Of a stretch of DNA of 64,000 bases, positions 37,270 to 49,171 are shown piece after piece. The DNA lies in the NCBI GenBank assembly GCA_035457485.1, contig DATIBO010000006.1:690659-754658 (forward strand). Reading direction: 5' to 3'. The first letter of the stretch is position 1; each line of letters begins with the position of its first letter. The stretch is from Candidatus Saccharimonadales bacterium (GTDB lineage: Bacteria > Patescibacteriota > Saccharimonadia > Saccharimonadales > EFPC-124). A program made the translations under genes and the position numbers. The notes below the pieces were generated by a model. That model worked only from the letters and a program-made list of their open reading frames with translations, did no database searches and was not told the origin of the DNA.

Positions 37270-38511
37270 ATGGAATCACAACACACACCAGCGTCTACCG
37301 GCGCTGCTAGCAATGGTTACGAGAGTAATCCTTTTAAAATTGTACTGCCGACCTTAAAAACTCTTTGGTCAAATGGTAAAAGCTCAATCTGGAAGATTCT
37401 TGGAATTCAAGTTCTTGTAATAGTTGGAGTAATTGCTGTTGGTGCAATAGCCATAGGTGCAATTTTAGTTTCGGCCTTTGGAATCTTTGCGGACTTTGTT
37501 GGCGGAGCAGAAAAAGCAGCGGAAGCGCTTTATACCATGGCGCCAGTTCCTTTAGACGCCGCAAACGCACTGATTTACGCCAAACCAATCGCAATAACGC
37601 TAGGGCTAACGTGCTTAGCAATCTTAACCATTTTAGTGGCGTTTATGCAGGCCCTTCAAATTGCGTATGTTAGTAAAACCATTATCAACAACGAAAAGCC
37701 AGGTGCTAAACAGGTTTTCGGCGTAGCCATTAGAAGAATGTGGCCAATGCTTGTGCAGTCGTTAGTGGTCTTTGCAGCGGTGTTTTTAGGAGTATTTTTA
37801 CCGTTAATGATCTTTGCGTTTCTGCCAGACGGAGTTGGCGCAGTTCTTATAGTTTTGTTCGTCCTTGCGTTTATTCCAGGGGTTTTTTATTTGACTGGTA
37901 GGTTTACAATGTCACCTTTTCCTGTTGTTAATTCTGACATGGGTCCAATCGCGGGATTAAAGCACAGCTGGGTAATTAGTAAAGGTAAAGTCAGCGAAGT
38001 TTGGGGTGCAATTTCTGTAGCGATGGCGGTGGCCACAGTGGCATCTTTTACTGTTAGTATAGTCTACGGATTACTTATCGGTCTTAATATCGCTTTAATT
38101 ACTATGGCAGCTATGATCGTCTCGCTCTTTGTGAGCGTTGGCGTCTCGCTAGGAGTTTCATCTATAATCGCAAAAAGATACGCGCAGATTGACCACGCGC
38201 ACAAAGCCGGCTTACATGGCCATAATATAAATTGGGGCGCTAATATTGGGGCAATTGCCTTGGCGATCGCAGTGTCGATTGCAGTTTCTTACTTAGATTC
38301 TTTAGTAAACCCAGCTCCAAACCTTGAAAACTTTAGTCCATCAGACTCAACAAGTGCACCTGCAAATGCCGATCTCGACGCCGAGCTTCAAGATATCTAC
38401 AACAACATAGACAAGTACCAAAATCAAAGTGGCGACTTACAGACTGATATGCCTTCGGATTTTAATTACGAACAATACTTTAACGAGCAGCTAAACAGCA
38501 GCGAGCTCTAG
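37270..38511 (+). CDS. polytopic membrane protein, unknown function
   Basis: 413 aa, 6 or more TM helices, low-complexity polar C-terminal tail. Confidence 0.5.
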   Translation: MESQHTPASTGAASNGYESNPFKIVLPTLKTLWSNGKSSIWKILGIQVLVIVGVIAVGAIAIGAILVSAFGIFADFVGGAEKAAEALYTMAPVPLDAANALIYAKPIAITLGLTCLAILTILVAFMQALQIAYVSKTIINNEKPGAKQVFGVAIRRMWPMLVQSLVVFAAVFLGVFLPLMIFAFLPDGVGAVLIVLFVLAFIPGVFYLTGRFTMSPFPVVNSDMGPIAGLKHSWVISKGKVSEVWGAISVAMAVATVASFTVSIVYGLLIGLNIALITMAAMIVSLFVSVGVSLGVSSIIAKRYAQIDHAHKAGLHGHNINWGANIGAIALAIAVSIAVSYLDSLVNPAPNLENFSPSDSTSAPANADLDAELQDIYNNIDKYQNQSGDLQTDMPSDFNYEQYFNEQLNSSEL

Positions 38512-39845
38512 CGTTTGATTTTAACCTTGGCGAACGCAAACTGTCTTTTGATTCTGTGACCAAGCTCTGAATCAAGCAGATTAGGCGCGACAATCAAAAT
38601 AAAGTAAGCAATCAAGCCGGTACCTACACCAACTACTAAATCAATAAAGATCGTTAAGATCATTGTGGTAAGTAGAACAGTAGCGAGGCGCCAGCCTTTT
38701 GTTAAGACGAAGTGACGAACTTCTTTAATCTCGGCAATTTTGTAGGCCGTAACAATCAGTACGGCACTTAAAGCAGTCAAGGGAATAAGTGCCGCAACAG
38801 GAGCGAGCGCCACTAAGAATATAATCACAACCAAGGCGTGGATTATAGATGCAAGGCGGCTTTTTGCACCGTTTTTAATGTTAGTGCCAGTGCGGGCGAT
38901 AACGGCGGTAGCTGGGATTCCGCCGAATAGGGCCGAGCTAATATTAGCTATCCCTTGCGCTGCAAGCTCTTGTCCTGAGCGGTGACTACTTTTAGTGATG
39001 CGGTCAGCAACTAAAGCGCAGAGCAAGCTCTCTATGGCAATCAGTGCGGCAATCTCGAGAGCGGCAGGCCATAAATTAAAATCTAACAGTTTTGAAAAGT
39101 CCAAATCACCACCAATAAACGGAGGTAGACCAAGCTGTAAAGCACCGTACACGCTACCCAAGGTTGCAACGCCATTAAGAAACGGTAGTGTAGCCACTGC
39201 CACGGTTGCGCCTGTTACAGCTATAAGAGTTGATGGGATTTTACCAATAACTGGAACCTTCGGCAAAAACACAATTGCTAAAAGAGTTAGTGCGCCAATG
39301 GCAAGGGAGGCCAGGTTAGTAGCGCCAATGTGACTAAGTGTTTCATAAACCTTACCAACAAATTCGTCGTGACCAGCTAGGCCCGTTAACCCTAAAAAGC
39401 TGTTTAGTTGGCCCATAAAAATCACAACCGCCACACCGATTGTAAAACCAAGCACGATAGGCTCGGGAATTTTACGAATAAGTTTGCCGATCCCTAAGAC
39501 TGCAAAAATGCCCAAAAATATACCTGCCAAAATCGTAATAAAAGGTAGGTTGTTTAGGCCATGCTCTTGGATCGCAACTGCTAAAATTGGTACCATTGCA
39601 GCTGCCGGACCCGATACACTATACGGCGAACCCGCAAAAAAAGCCGAGCTTAAGCCCGCAACTGCAGCTGTATAAAGACCCAATATCGGAGGTACGCCAA
39701 CCGCAATCGCTAAAGCCAACGACAATGGCAAAGCCACTATCCCAACTGTTAACCCTGCACCAAGATCGGGCCAGAGCCATTGTTTTTTATATTTAACAAC
39801 ATCATGAAAACGTGACGCAAGACTTTTTTTAACTTTTTCGAACAT
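38508..39845 (-). CDS. SulP-family anion transporter (no STAS domain)
   Basis: 445 aa. GAGLTVGIVALPLSLALAIAVGVPP..LYTA and SVSGPAAAM are SulP signatures. Confidence 0.75.
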   Translation of the reverse strand: MFEKVKKSLASRFHDVVKYKKQWLWPDLGAGLTVGIVALPLSLALAIAVGVPPILGLYTAAVAGLSSAFFAGSPYSVSGPAAAMVPILAVAIQEHGLNNLPFITILAGIFLGIFAVLGIGKLIRKIPEPIVLGFTIGVAVVIFMGQLNSFLGLTGLAGHDEFVGKVYETLSHIGATNLASLAIGALTLLAIVFLPKVPVIGKIPSTLIAVTGATVAVATLPFLNGVATLGSVYGALQLGLPPFIGGDLDFSKLLDFNLWPAALEIAALIAIESLLCALVADRITKSSHRSGQELAAQGIANISSALFGGIPATAVIARTGTNIKNGAKSRLASIIHALVVIIFLVALAPVAALIPLTALSAVLIVTAYKIAEIKEVRHFVLTKGWRLATVLLTTMILTIFIDLVVGVGTGLIAYFILIVAPNLLDSELGHRIKRQFAFAKVKIKR

Positions 39846-39986
39846 CGTTAATTCCTATTTTAGCCGCAAAGCAAGCATCAGCTGGTTGGCTTTGCGACCA
39901 AAAGGGCGTAGTGAGTCAAGAAGCGTACGTTTGCCGTACGATTTTATCGAATGAATTATATCACTAGCTGCCCGTGTCGTAAAGGT

Positions 39987-40411
39987 TTATTTTATCCGAC
40001 GATGTCTGCGAAGCTCGGCCACTTTAAGGCGTAGTGTTTCGCGATCAACTAAAGTCTGAGCGTGAGCTAGCGAAATCCGATCTTTAGCCTCATCTTTTAA
40101 TTTTTGAGCTAGCTCTAGAGCCTTGCGTGATTCTTCTTCGATTATTTCGCTGCTGTGGAGGGCTTCGTCAACCAAAATTCTAAGCTCGTGCGACTTAATT
40201 TCGACGATCCCGCCTTCGGACGCAAAATGCTCGTAAACCTGAGCGGAGTCTCCCGCTTTATCTACAATCGTGATTACACCCGGCACAGCCACAGTTACTA
40301 GCGGCTCGTGGTTATCAAAAACGGCAATCGCCCCCGTTGCTGTCGGCAAAATCACTTGATAAACATCTTTATCAAACTTAACACCGTCGAGCGTTACAAG
40401 CTGCAAACGCA

Positions 40412-40412
<1 letters not shown>
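39987..40412 (-). CDS. atpC: F1 ATP synthase subunit epsilon
   Basis: 141 aa. Operon position after atpD. Beta-sandwich N-terminus plus helical C-terminus. Confidence 0.85.
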
Positions 40413-41947
<1,535 letters not shown>

Positions 41948-41948
<1 letters not shown>

Positions 41949-42808
41949 TATTTCATAGCCTCGGCACCACCGGTGATTTCGGCAAGTTCTTGGGTAATTC
42001 CAGCTTGGCGGGCGTTGTTGTATACCAAGGTCAGATCGTCTGCAAGTTCTCCGGCATTGTCGGTGGCATTTTTCATAGCCAGCATTCGCATTGAATGCTC
42101 CGAAGCAAAACCGTCTAGCATAGCTTGAAAAACTTGAACCTCGATAAGTCGCAGAACGGTTTGATCGAGCACAAAACCAACCGACGGCTCAAATTCAATA
42201 GGCGTAAATTTTTCTTCGGTTTCGGGTTTTGTGATAGGCAACAACTGCTTAATGCGAACTTGTTGAGTGACGGTGCTTATAAAATGAGTATATACAATCT
42301 CGACTGAATCCGTTTGATCAGCGTTAAAAGCGTCGAAAGCACCCGAAATTAAAGCACGAAGTTCATTGCGATGCGCAGCCTCGGTTACATCCTGAAAAAC
42401 GCCAGAAACTTCTATGTCTTTTAGGCGCGCAACAAACTTAGCAGCCTGACGACCTACCAAAAACAACTTAGTCTTAACACCCGAGGCACTGTCTTTTTTA
42501 AGCTGTTCTACCAGTTTCTTAAGTACATTCGAATTATATGCTCCGGCTAAACCGCGATCACTTGTTATAACTATCAAAGTGCGGTTTTTGATTGGACGCT
42601 CCTTAAAAAAAGCGTGGGCGTTTTGATCAGTCTGCTGTTTTAACTGAGCTAGCAGGTGGCGCGCGGTTTCACTATAAACGCGAGGCTGTTCTGCAGCAGT
42701 TTGCGCACGTCGCAGCTTACTTGCAGCAACAAGTTGCATCGCCTTGGTAATTTGGCGAGTACTTTTTACCGAAGTAATTCGACGTTTAATTTGCTGGACC
42801 GAAGCCAT
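41948..42808 (-). CDS. atpG: F1 ATP synthase subunit gamma
   Basis: 286 aa. N-terminus IKRRITSVKSTRQITKAMQLVAASKLRRAQ, C-terminus ITQELAEITGGAEA. Confidence 0.95.
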
Positions 42809-42811
42809 GGT

Positions 42812-44347
42812 TTATTTTGTTGCCCCTTCAGCAAAGCTCTCGGCGATTTGACGCCCAAGCTTCATGATCTTTTCTTTTACATCATCAGATGGCTTATCGC
42901 CCTTATCGAGCTCGTCCATCATTTTTTTATGATCTGCGTGTAATTTAGAAAGTAGGGAAGCCTGAGCGTCTTTAATACGATCAGTAGGACATGCGTCAAA
43001 CGCGCCGCCATCAGCTGCAATTAGGCTTGCAGTTTGTTCAGCGACACTCAAAGGTTGGTACTGTTTTTGCTTTAATAATTCGGTCAAGCGTTGCCCGCGC
43101 TCGATACGTTGCTTAGTTTCAGCATCAAGATCAGTACTGAACTGCGCAAAGGCGGCTAGCTCACGGAACTGCGCAAGCGACAACTTAAGGCCACCCGAGA
43201 CAGATTTAACAGCCTTAGTTTGTGCAGCGCCACCCACACGCGAAACCGACAAACCAACCGAGATGGCTGGGCGAATACCTTGGTAGAATAGCGAGCCTTC
43301 CAAAAAGATCTGACCGTCGGTAATCGAGATTACGTTAGTCGGGATGTAGGCGCTAATGTCGCCAGCTTGAGTTTCGATAATCGGCAAAGCAGTAAGCGAG
43401 CCCGCACCAAGTTTATCGCTAAGTTTTGCTGATCGCTCAAGTAGGCGAGAGTGCAAGTAAAAAACGTCACCGGGGTAGGCTTCGCGTCCTGGCGGGCGGC
43501 GAAGAAGCAGTGACATTTGGCGGTAAGCTGCCGCATGCTTACTTAAATCATCGTAAATTATTAACGCGTGCTGTTTGTTGTCGCGGAAATATTCTGCCAT
43601 AGCGGTTCCGGCATAGGGCGCCAAATATAAAAGCGAAGCCGGATCAGACGGGCTAGTGGCGACCACGATGGTTTGATCCATAACGCCTTCAGCCTTCAAG
43701 CGTTCTACAAGGCGGCTAACCTTACTCATTTTTTGACCAATTGCAACGTAAACGTTTATAACGCCAGTTTTTTGTTTAGCCTGATTGATCATCGTGTCAA
43801 TTGCAATCGCAGTCTTTCCGGTTTGGCGGTCGCCAATAATAAGCTCGCGTTGCCCGCGGCCAATAGGGGTGGTGGCATCGATCGACAAAATTCCAGTCAT
43901 CAAAGGTTCATGTACGCTTTTGCGTGCAATCACTCCTGGAGCAGAACGTTCGACAAGGCCTTGTTCCTTAGCCTTAACAGGGCCAGCTCCGTCAAGCGGA
44001 CGACCAAGCGGGTCTACAACACGACCCAAAAGCTCTGGCCCAACAGGGACTTTAAGTACCGAGCCGCTGAGTTTTACTTTTGCACCAGCCGACACAAGCG
44101 CATCGTTGCCTAAAATTACAGCTCCGATCTCGTCCTCCATTAAGTTTAGGGCAAAAGCACTAACAGTTGAACCGTCAGAACCTTCAATCTCGAGCACTTC
44201 GTTAAAGCCACAAGCAGTTAAGCCATAAACCCAGGCCACACCGTCACCGATGCGAGTGATAATTCCAACCTCTTCTAGGCCTTTTTGCTGCTTTAAGCCT
44301 TCGATCGAAGCCTGCAGCTCAGCCGACAATTCTTTTACATTAATCAT
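42812..44347 (-). CDS. atpA: F1 ATP synthase subunit alpha
   Basis: Walker [10 protein letters not shown], and [18 protein letters not shown]. Confidence 0.95.
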   Translation of the reverse strand: MINVKELSAELQASIEGLKQQKGLEEVGIITRIGDGVAWVYGLTACGFNEVLEIEGSDGSTVSAFALNLMEDEIGAVILGNDALVSAGAKVKLSGSVLKVPVGPELLGRVVDPLGRPLDGAGPVKAKEQGLVERSAPGVIARKSVHEPLMTGILSIDATTPIGRGQRELIIGDRQTGKTAIAIDTMINQAKQKTGVINVYVAIGQKMSKVSRLVERLKAEGVMDQTIVVATSPSDPASLLYLAPYAGTAMAEYFRDNKQHALIIYDDLSKHAAAYRQMSLLLRRPPGREAYPGDVFYLHSRLLERSAKLSDKLGAGSLTALPIIETQAGDISAYIPTNVISITDGQIFLEGSLFYQGIRPAISVGLSVSRVGGAAQTKAVKSVSGGLKLSLAQFRELAAFAQFSTDLDAETKQRIERGQRLTELLKQKQYQPLSVAEQTASLIAADGGAFDACPTDRIKDAQASLLSKLHADHKKMMDELDKGDKPSDDVKEKIMKLGRQIAESFAEGATK

Positions 44348-44745
44348 TAATTAACTCCTTTAGCGGCAATTTGATTAAGCTGCCTTTTTACACTTGAATC
44401 AAGTTCGTATTTTGGGGTGCGAACGACAATCCCGCCAATTAGCTCCGGTTTTAGCTCTTCGTTTAGCTCAACATTTTTGGCGCCAGTCTGTTTTTTAAGC
44501 TTGGCGACTACTGCAACTTTGCTAGCGTCCGAGAGCGGACGAGCCGAACTCACTGTCGCCACAAGCTGACCTTGGGACTCTTCGAGTTCATTTGCTATGT
44601 CAAGCATTAACAGATCCGCCTGGTTGGCTTTTTTGTTAACCAAAAGGTGAGCAGCTAGTTGTTGGATCAGCTCTCCTTTGTGTTCAGGGGTGCTTTGTAA
44701 AGCTCTCACAACCTCTTTAGCTAAACGTCGACGAGATATTTTCAT
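44347..44745 (-). CDS. atpH: F1 ATP synthase subunit delta (short, 132 aa)
   Basis: Operon position between atpF and atpA. C-terminal OSCP-like [13 protein letters not shown] motif. Confidence 0.75.
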   Translation of the reverse strand: MKISRRRLAKEVVRALQSTPEHKGELIQQLAAHLLVNKKANQADLLMLDIANELEESQGQLVATVSSARPLSDASKVAVVAKLKKQTGAKNVELNEELKPELIGGIVVRTPKYELDSSVKRQLNQIAAKGVN

Positions 44746-45374
44746 TAGCCACGCTCCTCGGCAAGGGCGCGCTCAATAATACCGGCGTCTTTTTTGTCAT
44801 CCAGTTTTTCACCGATAACTTTTGCTGAAGCCACTGCCACTAACTTAGCGGTTTCGCTTTTGAGTTCTTGGCGAGCCTTAGCAATTTCGTTATCCATTTG
44901 AGTTTTAGCCTGAGCCACGATCGTCTCGGCACGTTTTGCAGCCTTACTTTCAGCAGCTTCTAAAAGTTGCGCGGACTCTTTTTGTCCGTTTGCAACAACT
45001 TCGTCAGCTTGTACGCGAGCCTCTTTAAGCATCTTAGCGATTTTATCTTCGGCGGTCTTAAGCTTTTCCTCGGTCTCGGCAGCATGCTTAATGCTATCTT
45101 CGACCGTTTTTCGACGATCTTCGAGAACTGTGATAACTTTTTTGAATACAAATTGCCGCAAAAGCAAAAATACAATTGTAAAAGATATTAGCTGAAACAA
45201 AAAAGCCTGAAGGTCCAAGCCCAAAGCCGACAAGCCGCCAGCCGCTTCTTGAGTAGCGTGAGTTGCTTCAGCTACTGTATGTTGAACTTCTGGATTAGAA
45301 ACAACTGGGGCAGTAGCTTCCGCTAAAGCCTCATGAACTTCGCCGTTATGTGCAAAAAAGGTGATAATATTCAC
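44745..45374 (-). CDS. atpF: Fo ATP synthase subunit b
   Basis: One TM helix followed by a long A/E/K-rich helix. Operon position. Confidence 0.8.
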   Translation of the reverse strand: MNIITFFAHNGEVHEALAEATAPVVSNPEVQHTVAEATHATQEAAGGLSALGLDLQAFLFQLISFTIVFLLLRQFVFKKVITVLEDRRKTVEDSIKHAAETEEKLKTAEDKIAKMLKEARVQADEVVANGQKESAQLLEAAESKAAKRAETIVAQAKTQMDNEIAKARQELKSETAKLVAVASAKVIGEKLDDKKDAGIIERALAEERG

Positions 45375-45385
45375 CGCTTAACTCC

Positions 45386-45601
45386 TTAGCTTGTGGTAAA
45401 TACGACTAACAATACGAACGCAAGCACGGCGTCAACCAAACCGGCCATAATAAAGGCAGTTGAAAGTATCTTACCTTGAACTTCTGGGTTGCGACCAACA
45501 GCCTTAACTGCAGTCATACCGATTAAAGCAACGCCGATAGCCGGACCTGCCGCACCTAGTGCAATTGTTAAACCTTTAATTAATTGTGGATCAACTTCCA
45601 T
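45386..45601 (-). CDS. atpE: Fo ATP synthase subunit c
   Basis: 71 aa helical hairpin. Loop GRNPE, and ion-binding carboxylate in AGLVDAV. Confidence 0.9.
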   Translation of the reverse strand: MEVDPQLIKGLTIALGAAGPAIGVALIGMTAVKAVGRNPEVQGKILSTAFIMAGLVDAVLAFVLLVVFTTS

Positions 45602-45619
45602 ATTACTCCTTGTTTTTAC

Positions 45620-46504
45620 TTAACTTTCATTCGCTGCCGCAGTTTTTAACTTAGCAGGTTTGGAATGATCTGACTCATGCTCAGAGTGCTCGCCATGACT
45701 ACTTGTAGCCATGTTTAGATAAGCAGTCGTGAGCATAACAAAAATATAAGCCTGAATAGCACTAAAGAAAAGCTCCAAGAAGTAAACAGGAACTGTAGCA
45801 GCCCATCCAAAGGCTCCAGCCAATTGCCCAATTACATGAAGCAGAACTTCGCCGGCATAAATAACACCAAATAAACGCATGCTTAATGTAATAATTCGAA
45901 TAAATTCTCCCATAACTTCGATCAACCCCATAAAAAGGTTGATCGGGTTGTACGGTTTGTTTGTAAAGTAATTTTTTAAATGACCTAAAATCCCGAGCTC
46001 TTTTAGCGCGTAAAACTGAACTAAGCCAATCGAGAGTACCGCTAAAGCAATGGTGCCATTAAGGTCAGTAGTGAATGCGCGAAGTAGCGAAACTTCGCCA
46101 TGTTCGGTGTTCACAACAATCGTACCGACTCCCGGGATTAGTCCAGAAAGGTTCGCCAGTAAGATAAAACAAAATAGGCTTAACAGAAACGGCAAATGTT
46201 TTAAAGCCTTTTTACGACTATTAAAGCCCTCTTCAGCTGTATTTAAGATAAATTCAGCAATAGTTTCTAATGTAAAACTAAACATACTGGTTGGTTTTAG
46301 GTGGCTTTTTTTAACAGCTGCAAGTAAAATCAACACAACGGCCGCACCCGTAATTACGCCGAATAACATCGAATTAGTAACATTAAAGCTACCGATACTA
46401 AAAATTGTCTGCGCAGCGAGCGGAACACCACCCTCTGCTCCAAAAAAAGTTAATGCATTAAACACGGGCAAATCCCTTGGAAGCATATTCAGCAATAGTG
46501 TCAA
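45620..46504 (-). CDS. atpB: Fo ATP synthase subunit a
   Basis: SMRLFGVIYAGE contains the conserved Arg motif. 5-6 TM helices. The start could be an internal Met. Confidence 0.9.
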   Translation of the reverse strand: MTLLLNMLPRDLPVFNALTFFGAEGGVPLAAQTIFSIGSFNVTNSMLFGVITGAAVVLILLAAVKKSHLKPTSMFSFTLETIAEFILNTAEEGFNSRKKALKHLPFLLSLFCFILLANLSGLIPGVGTIVVNTEHGEVSLLRAFTTDLNGTIALAVLSIGLVQFYALKELGILGHLKNYFTNKPYNPINLFMGLIEVMGEFIRIITLSMRLFGVIYAGEVLLHVIGQLAGAFGWAATVPVYFLELFFSAIQAYIFVMLTTAYLNMATSSHGEHSEHESDHSKPAKLKTAAANES

Positions 46505-46647
46505 ATGGCATTTTCATCAGTTACCCCCAGTATACCAAGGAATGATTTACTGTAAACCCCTCGGTACGTTTTAGTTTTACCGTTTTTTATTTTATAATAT
46601 ACAAACTGCAGTATGCAGAGGTAAGTACTCGAGGGCAGGAGGCTTAA

Positions 46648-47064
46648 ATGGTCAATCCGACCACGCTTGCTGGTTTGATCGACGAGCACGCGAACGCGCT
46701 GGCCAGTCAGGTGCGAGCCCACTACTTGTGGACAGCCCAACTCGGTCGGAAGTCGGCGGCAGCGTTTAAAACCGCGAACGTAGCCGTAACTAATCCGTTC
46801 GGGCTGACGATCATCATCGGTATGCAGACCAACGAGCCGCAGGAGGGTGGCAGCAATCCTGTGACACGCAAGTGGGCAACCCTGACCATCAATGGCGTTC
46901 AGGATCCAACATTGCGAGCCCAGGTCACCGCCATCCTGTCGGCGCTGGAAACCTACGGGGTTTTCAGCATAAGCGGGAGTACCGTTACCTTCGGTTACAA
47001 GATCGAGACAACCGATCACGCCGAAGCGGTCACTAAAGCTTTGAACGCCGCCAACCGACGCTAA
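46648..47064 (+). CDS. hypothetical protein, GC-rich islet gene 1
   Basis: 138 aa. AGGAGG SD. Third codon positions are mostly G/C in this frame. No motif recognised. Confidence 0.55.
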   Translation: MVNPTTLAGLIDEHANALASQVRAHYLWTAQLGRKSAAAFKTANVAVTNPFGLTIIIGMQTNEPQEGGSNPVTRKWATLTINGVQDPTLRAQVTAILSALETYGVFSISGSTVTFGYKIETTDHAEAVTKALNAANRR

Positions 47065-47077
47065 AGGCGGGAGAGAA

Positions 47078-47578
47078 ATGAAAATCGTTAACTGGCTTTT
47101 AGACCGGTTTGCTACGGCTAAGACATGGGAGGGTCTCGGGCGATTCTGCGTGGAGATCTCTCTGGAGCTGAACCTCTGGTCGAACGAGGTAGCCGAGTGG
47201 CAAGCTGACCAGGTCCGCCTGGGACAAGCCAAGATCAGCACGACCACGACTCCCGGTCTTCGACGTGAGATCAAAGGAGCCGGCCTCAGAGCGACTCTAT
47301 ACCTGTCGAACGAGATCCGACCGGCGAACATCAGAGGATTCATGCTCCTGAGATCACTGCGTTTCGCCGACAACGAGCAGCCGCGTGGCCTCAAGCGAGC
47401 CTACGAGAACTGGCGCCTCGACAAAGTGATCGCGATGATCACGAACGACACGTTTGTCGGGGTGGTTCGCGACGAACATAGGGCGATGCGGCCGATCGAG
47501 CTCGAGTACCGTAGTGAGGGTTTCTCGTCTGCAATGCGGGCGTTCTCACTAGGAGCACAGCGCATGCCGCGCTCCTAG
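47078..47578 (+). CDS. hypothetical protein, GC-rich islet gene 2
   Basis: 166 aa. GGGAGAG SD. 13 nt after gene 1. Followed by a 12-bp-stem hairpin at 47586-47618. Confidence 0.55.
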   Translation: MKIVNWLLDRFATAKTWEGLGRFCVEISLELNLWSNEVAEWQADQVRLGQAKISTTTTPGLRREIKGAGLRATLYLSNEIRPANIRGFMLLRSLRFADNEQPRGLKRAYENWRLDKVIAMITNDTFVGVVRDEHRAMRPIELEYRSEGFSSAMRAFSLGAQRMPRS

Positions 47579-47678
47579 CACAATTGGGTGCCGTTCCAGC
47601 ATGATTGGAGCGGCACCCGCGGGTACTTACCGTATTCCGAAATTATAATGTATACTTTAAATATTAAGGAGTTTAACT

Positions 47679-47951
47679 ATGACCCCAACAATTGTTATGT
47701 ACAGTAGTCCAACTTGCGCATATTGTCATTTGGCCGCTGAATATTTTGAAAAACTTGGCTTAAAATTCACCGATAAAGACATAAGCCAAGATAGAGAAGC
47801 CTTAGAGTTTATTATGGAAAAAGTCGGTCAAGCCGTTACTCCAGTCATTACTATTAACGATACAATCATTATAGGTTTCGATAAGCCAAAAATCGACGAA
47901 GCTCTAGAAGAAGCTAAAAAAGCGAAACACAGCACAAAAGAAGAAAAATAA
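47679..47951 (+). CDS. glutaredoxin-like protein (NrdH/YruB type)
   Basis: 90 aa. Active site CAYC at the N-terminus of a thioredoxin fold, and TPVITIND. Confidence 0.75.
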   Translation: MTPTIVMYSSPTCAYCHLAAEYFEKLGLKFTDKDISQDREALEFIMEKVGQAVTPVITINDTIIIGFDKPKIDEALEEAKKAKHSTKEEK

Positions 47952-48448
47952 TGGACAAAAGCAAGATCTGGTGGGTGGTCGGAATTGTTGGAGCAATTAT
48001 TCTAATAAGTCTTTGGGTTTTACTTTTCATGACCCAAGATCAACCGTCCGCAAATCAACAAGACACCACTAACAGCACAATCCAAACAGCCCAGCCTACG
48101 ACTCAGCCAGATCAAGCCATTACACCAGTGCAAGCCGGCACGTATCAAAACTACAGCGCCGAGACATTGGCCACATCCAAGGCTAAGACAAACTTAATCT
48201 TCTTTTACGCACCGTGGTGCCCACAGTGTCGCGCTCTTGAAAAATCAATTGAACAAAGTGGCGTCCCAGAAAACATAGCAATTTTTAAAGTAGACTACGA
48301 CACTGCCACCGAATTAAAGAAAAAATACGGCGTTACAATTCAAACCACAATTGTTCAAGTTAATCCAGATGGCAGTCTGATTAAAAAACATGTTGCGTAC
48401 GATAATCCGGCGTTAACATCAGTGCTAAATGCTCTGGGAATCGAATGA
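47951..48448 (+). CDS. membrane-anchored thioredoxin-fold protein
   Basis: N-terminal TM helix, Q/T/P linker, active site WCPQC. Confidence 0.75.
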   Translation: MDKSKIWWVVGIVGAIILISLWVLLFMTQDQPSANQQDTTNSTIQTAQPTTQPDQAITPVQAGTYQNYSAETLATSKAKTNLIFFYAPWCPQCRALEKSIEQSGVPENIAIFKVDYDTATELKKKYGVTIQTTIVQVNPDGSLIKKHVAYDNPALTSVLNALGIE

Positions 48449-49164
48449 TTCAGTTGATAATTTTGTCATTTGTAGCCGGGGTAATGACTGTTTTAGCACC
48501 CTGTATTTTGTCTTTTTTACCAGTAATCGTAGGTGGTTCCTTAGTTCAGAGCGAGCGCAAAATCGTAAAGCCATTCATAATCACTCTCAGCCTGGGCGCT
48601 TCGATCGTGATTTTTACTTTATTATTGAAATTCAGCACCAGTCTACTTAGCGTTCCAACCCAAGTCTGGCAAGTTGCATCTGGAGTTATTATTATTTCTC
48701 TGGGATTGATCATGCTGTGGCCAAAATTATGGGAGACTTTAGGCGCAAAATTAAACCTTACCGGCAATAAATTACTAGGCAAGGCAGGTAAGAAACGTGG
48801 TCTTTTAGGCGACATCCTAACAGGTGTGGCGCTTGGACCGGTTTTCGCAAGTTGCAGCCCAACCTACGCTTTTATTGTGGCGGCAGTTTTGCCGTCGACG
48901 TTCGCAGTTGGACTTACTTATTTAGTAGCTTATGCAGCCGGTTTGAGCGCTGTCTTGCTATTGATTTCTTTGCTGGGACAAAAATTAGTTACAAAACTAA
49001 ACTGGGCAAGCAACCCCAACGGGTGGTTTAAAAAGGCGATTGGTATAATTTTTATTCTTGTCGGAATTTTTATTGCAACAGGACTAGATCATAAACTACA
49101 AGCGTTTTTGGTGAGTCAAGGCTGGTACGATCCCTTTTCGGCATTTGAACAAAGTCTTTTATAA
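48445..49164 (+). CDS. ccdA: CcdA/DsbD-family thiol-disulfide electron transporter
   Basis: 239 aa, 6 TM helices. Conserved Cys residues in VLAPCIL and FASCSP. Confidence 0.8.
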   Translation: MIQLIILSFVAGVMTVLAPCILSFLPVIVGGSLVQSERKIVKPFIITLSLGASIVIFTLLLKFSTSLLSVPTQVWQVASGVIIISLGLIMLWPKLWETLGAKLNLTGNKLLGKAGKKRGLLGDILTGVALGPVFASCSPTYAFIVAAVLPSTFAVGLTYLVAYAAGLSAVLLLISLLGQKLVTKLNWASNPNGWFKKAIGIIFILVGIFIATGLDHKLQAFLVSQGWYDPFSAFEQSLL

Positions 49165-49171
49165 TACAACA

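Noticed and set aside
46501-47394. 297-aa minus-strand ORF upstream of atpB; could be mistaken for atpI or a large novel gene.
   Set aside because: - It lies antisense to two SD-preceded, GC3-biased + strand ORFs inside a GC-rich islet.
- Its product is Arg/Ser/Pro-rich and low in complexity.
- It has no TM helices, which atpI would need.
- This is a typical high-GC antisense artefact.
46592-47655. Similar AT-rich strings TTATAATATAC (46592-46602) and TTATAATGTATAC (47643-47655) on either side of the two-gene islet, considered as a possible target-site duplication.
   Set aside because: The match is imperfect and of low complexity, and both strings look like -10 promoter elements for the divergent atpB and grx-like genes. 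The inverted 9-mer at the composition step is the better boundary marker.
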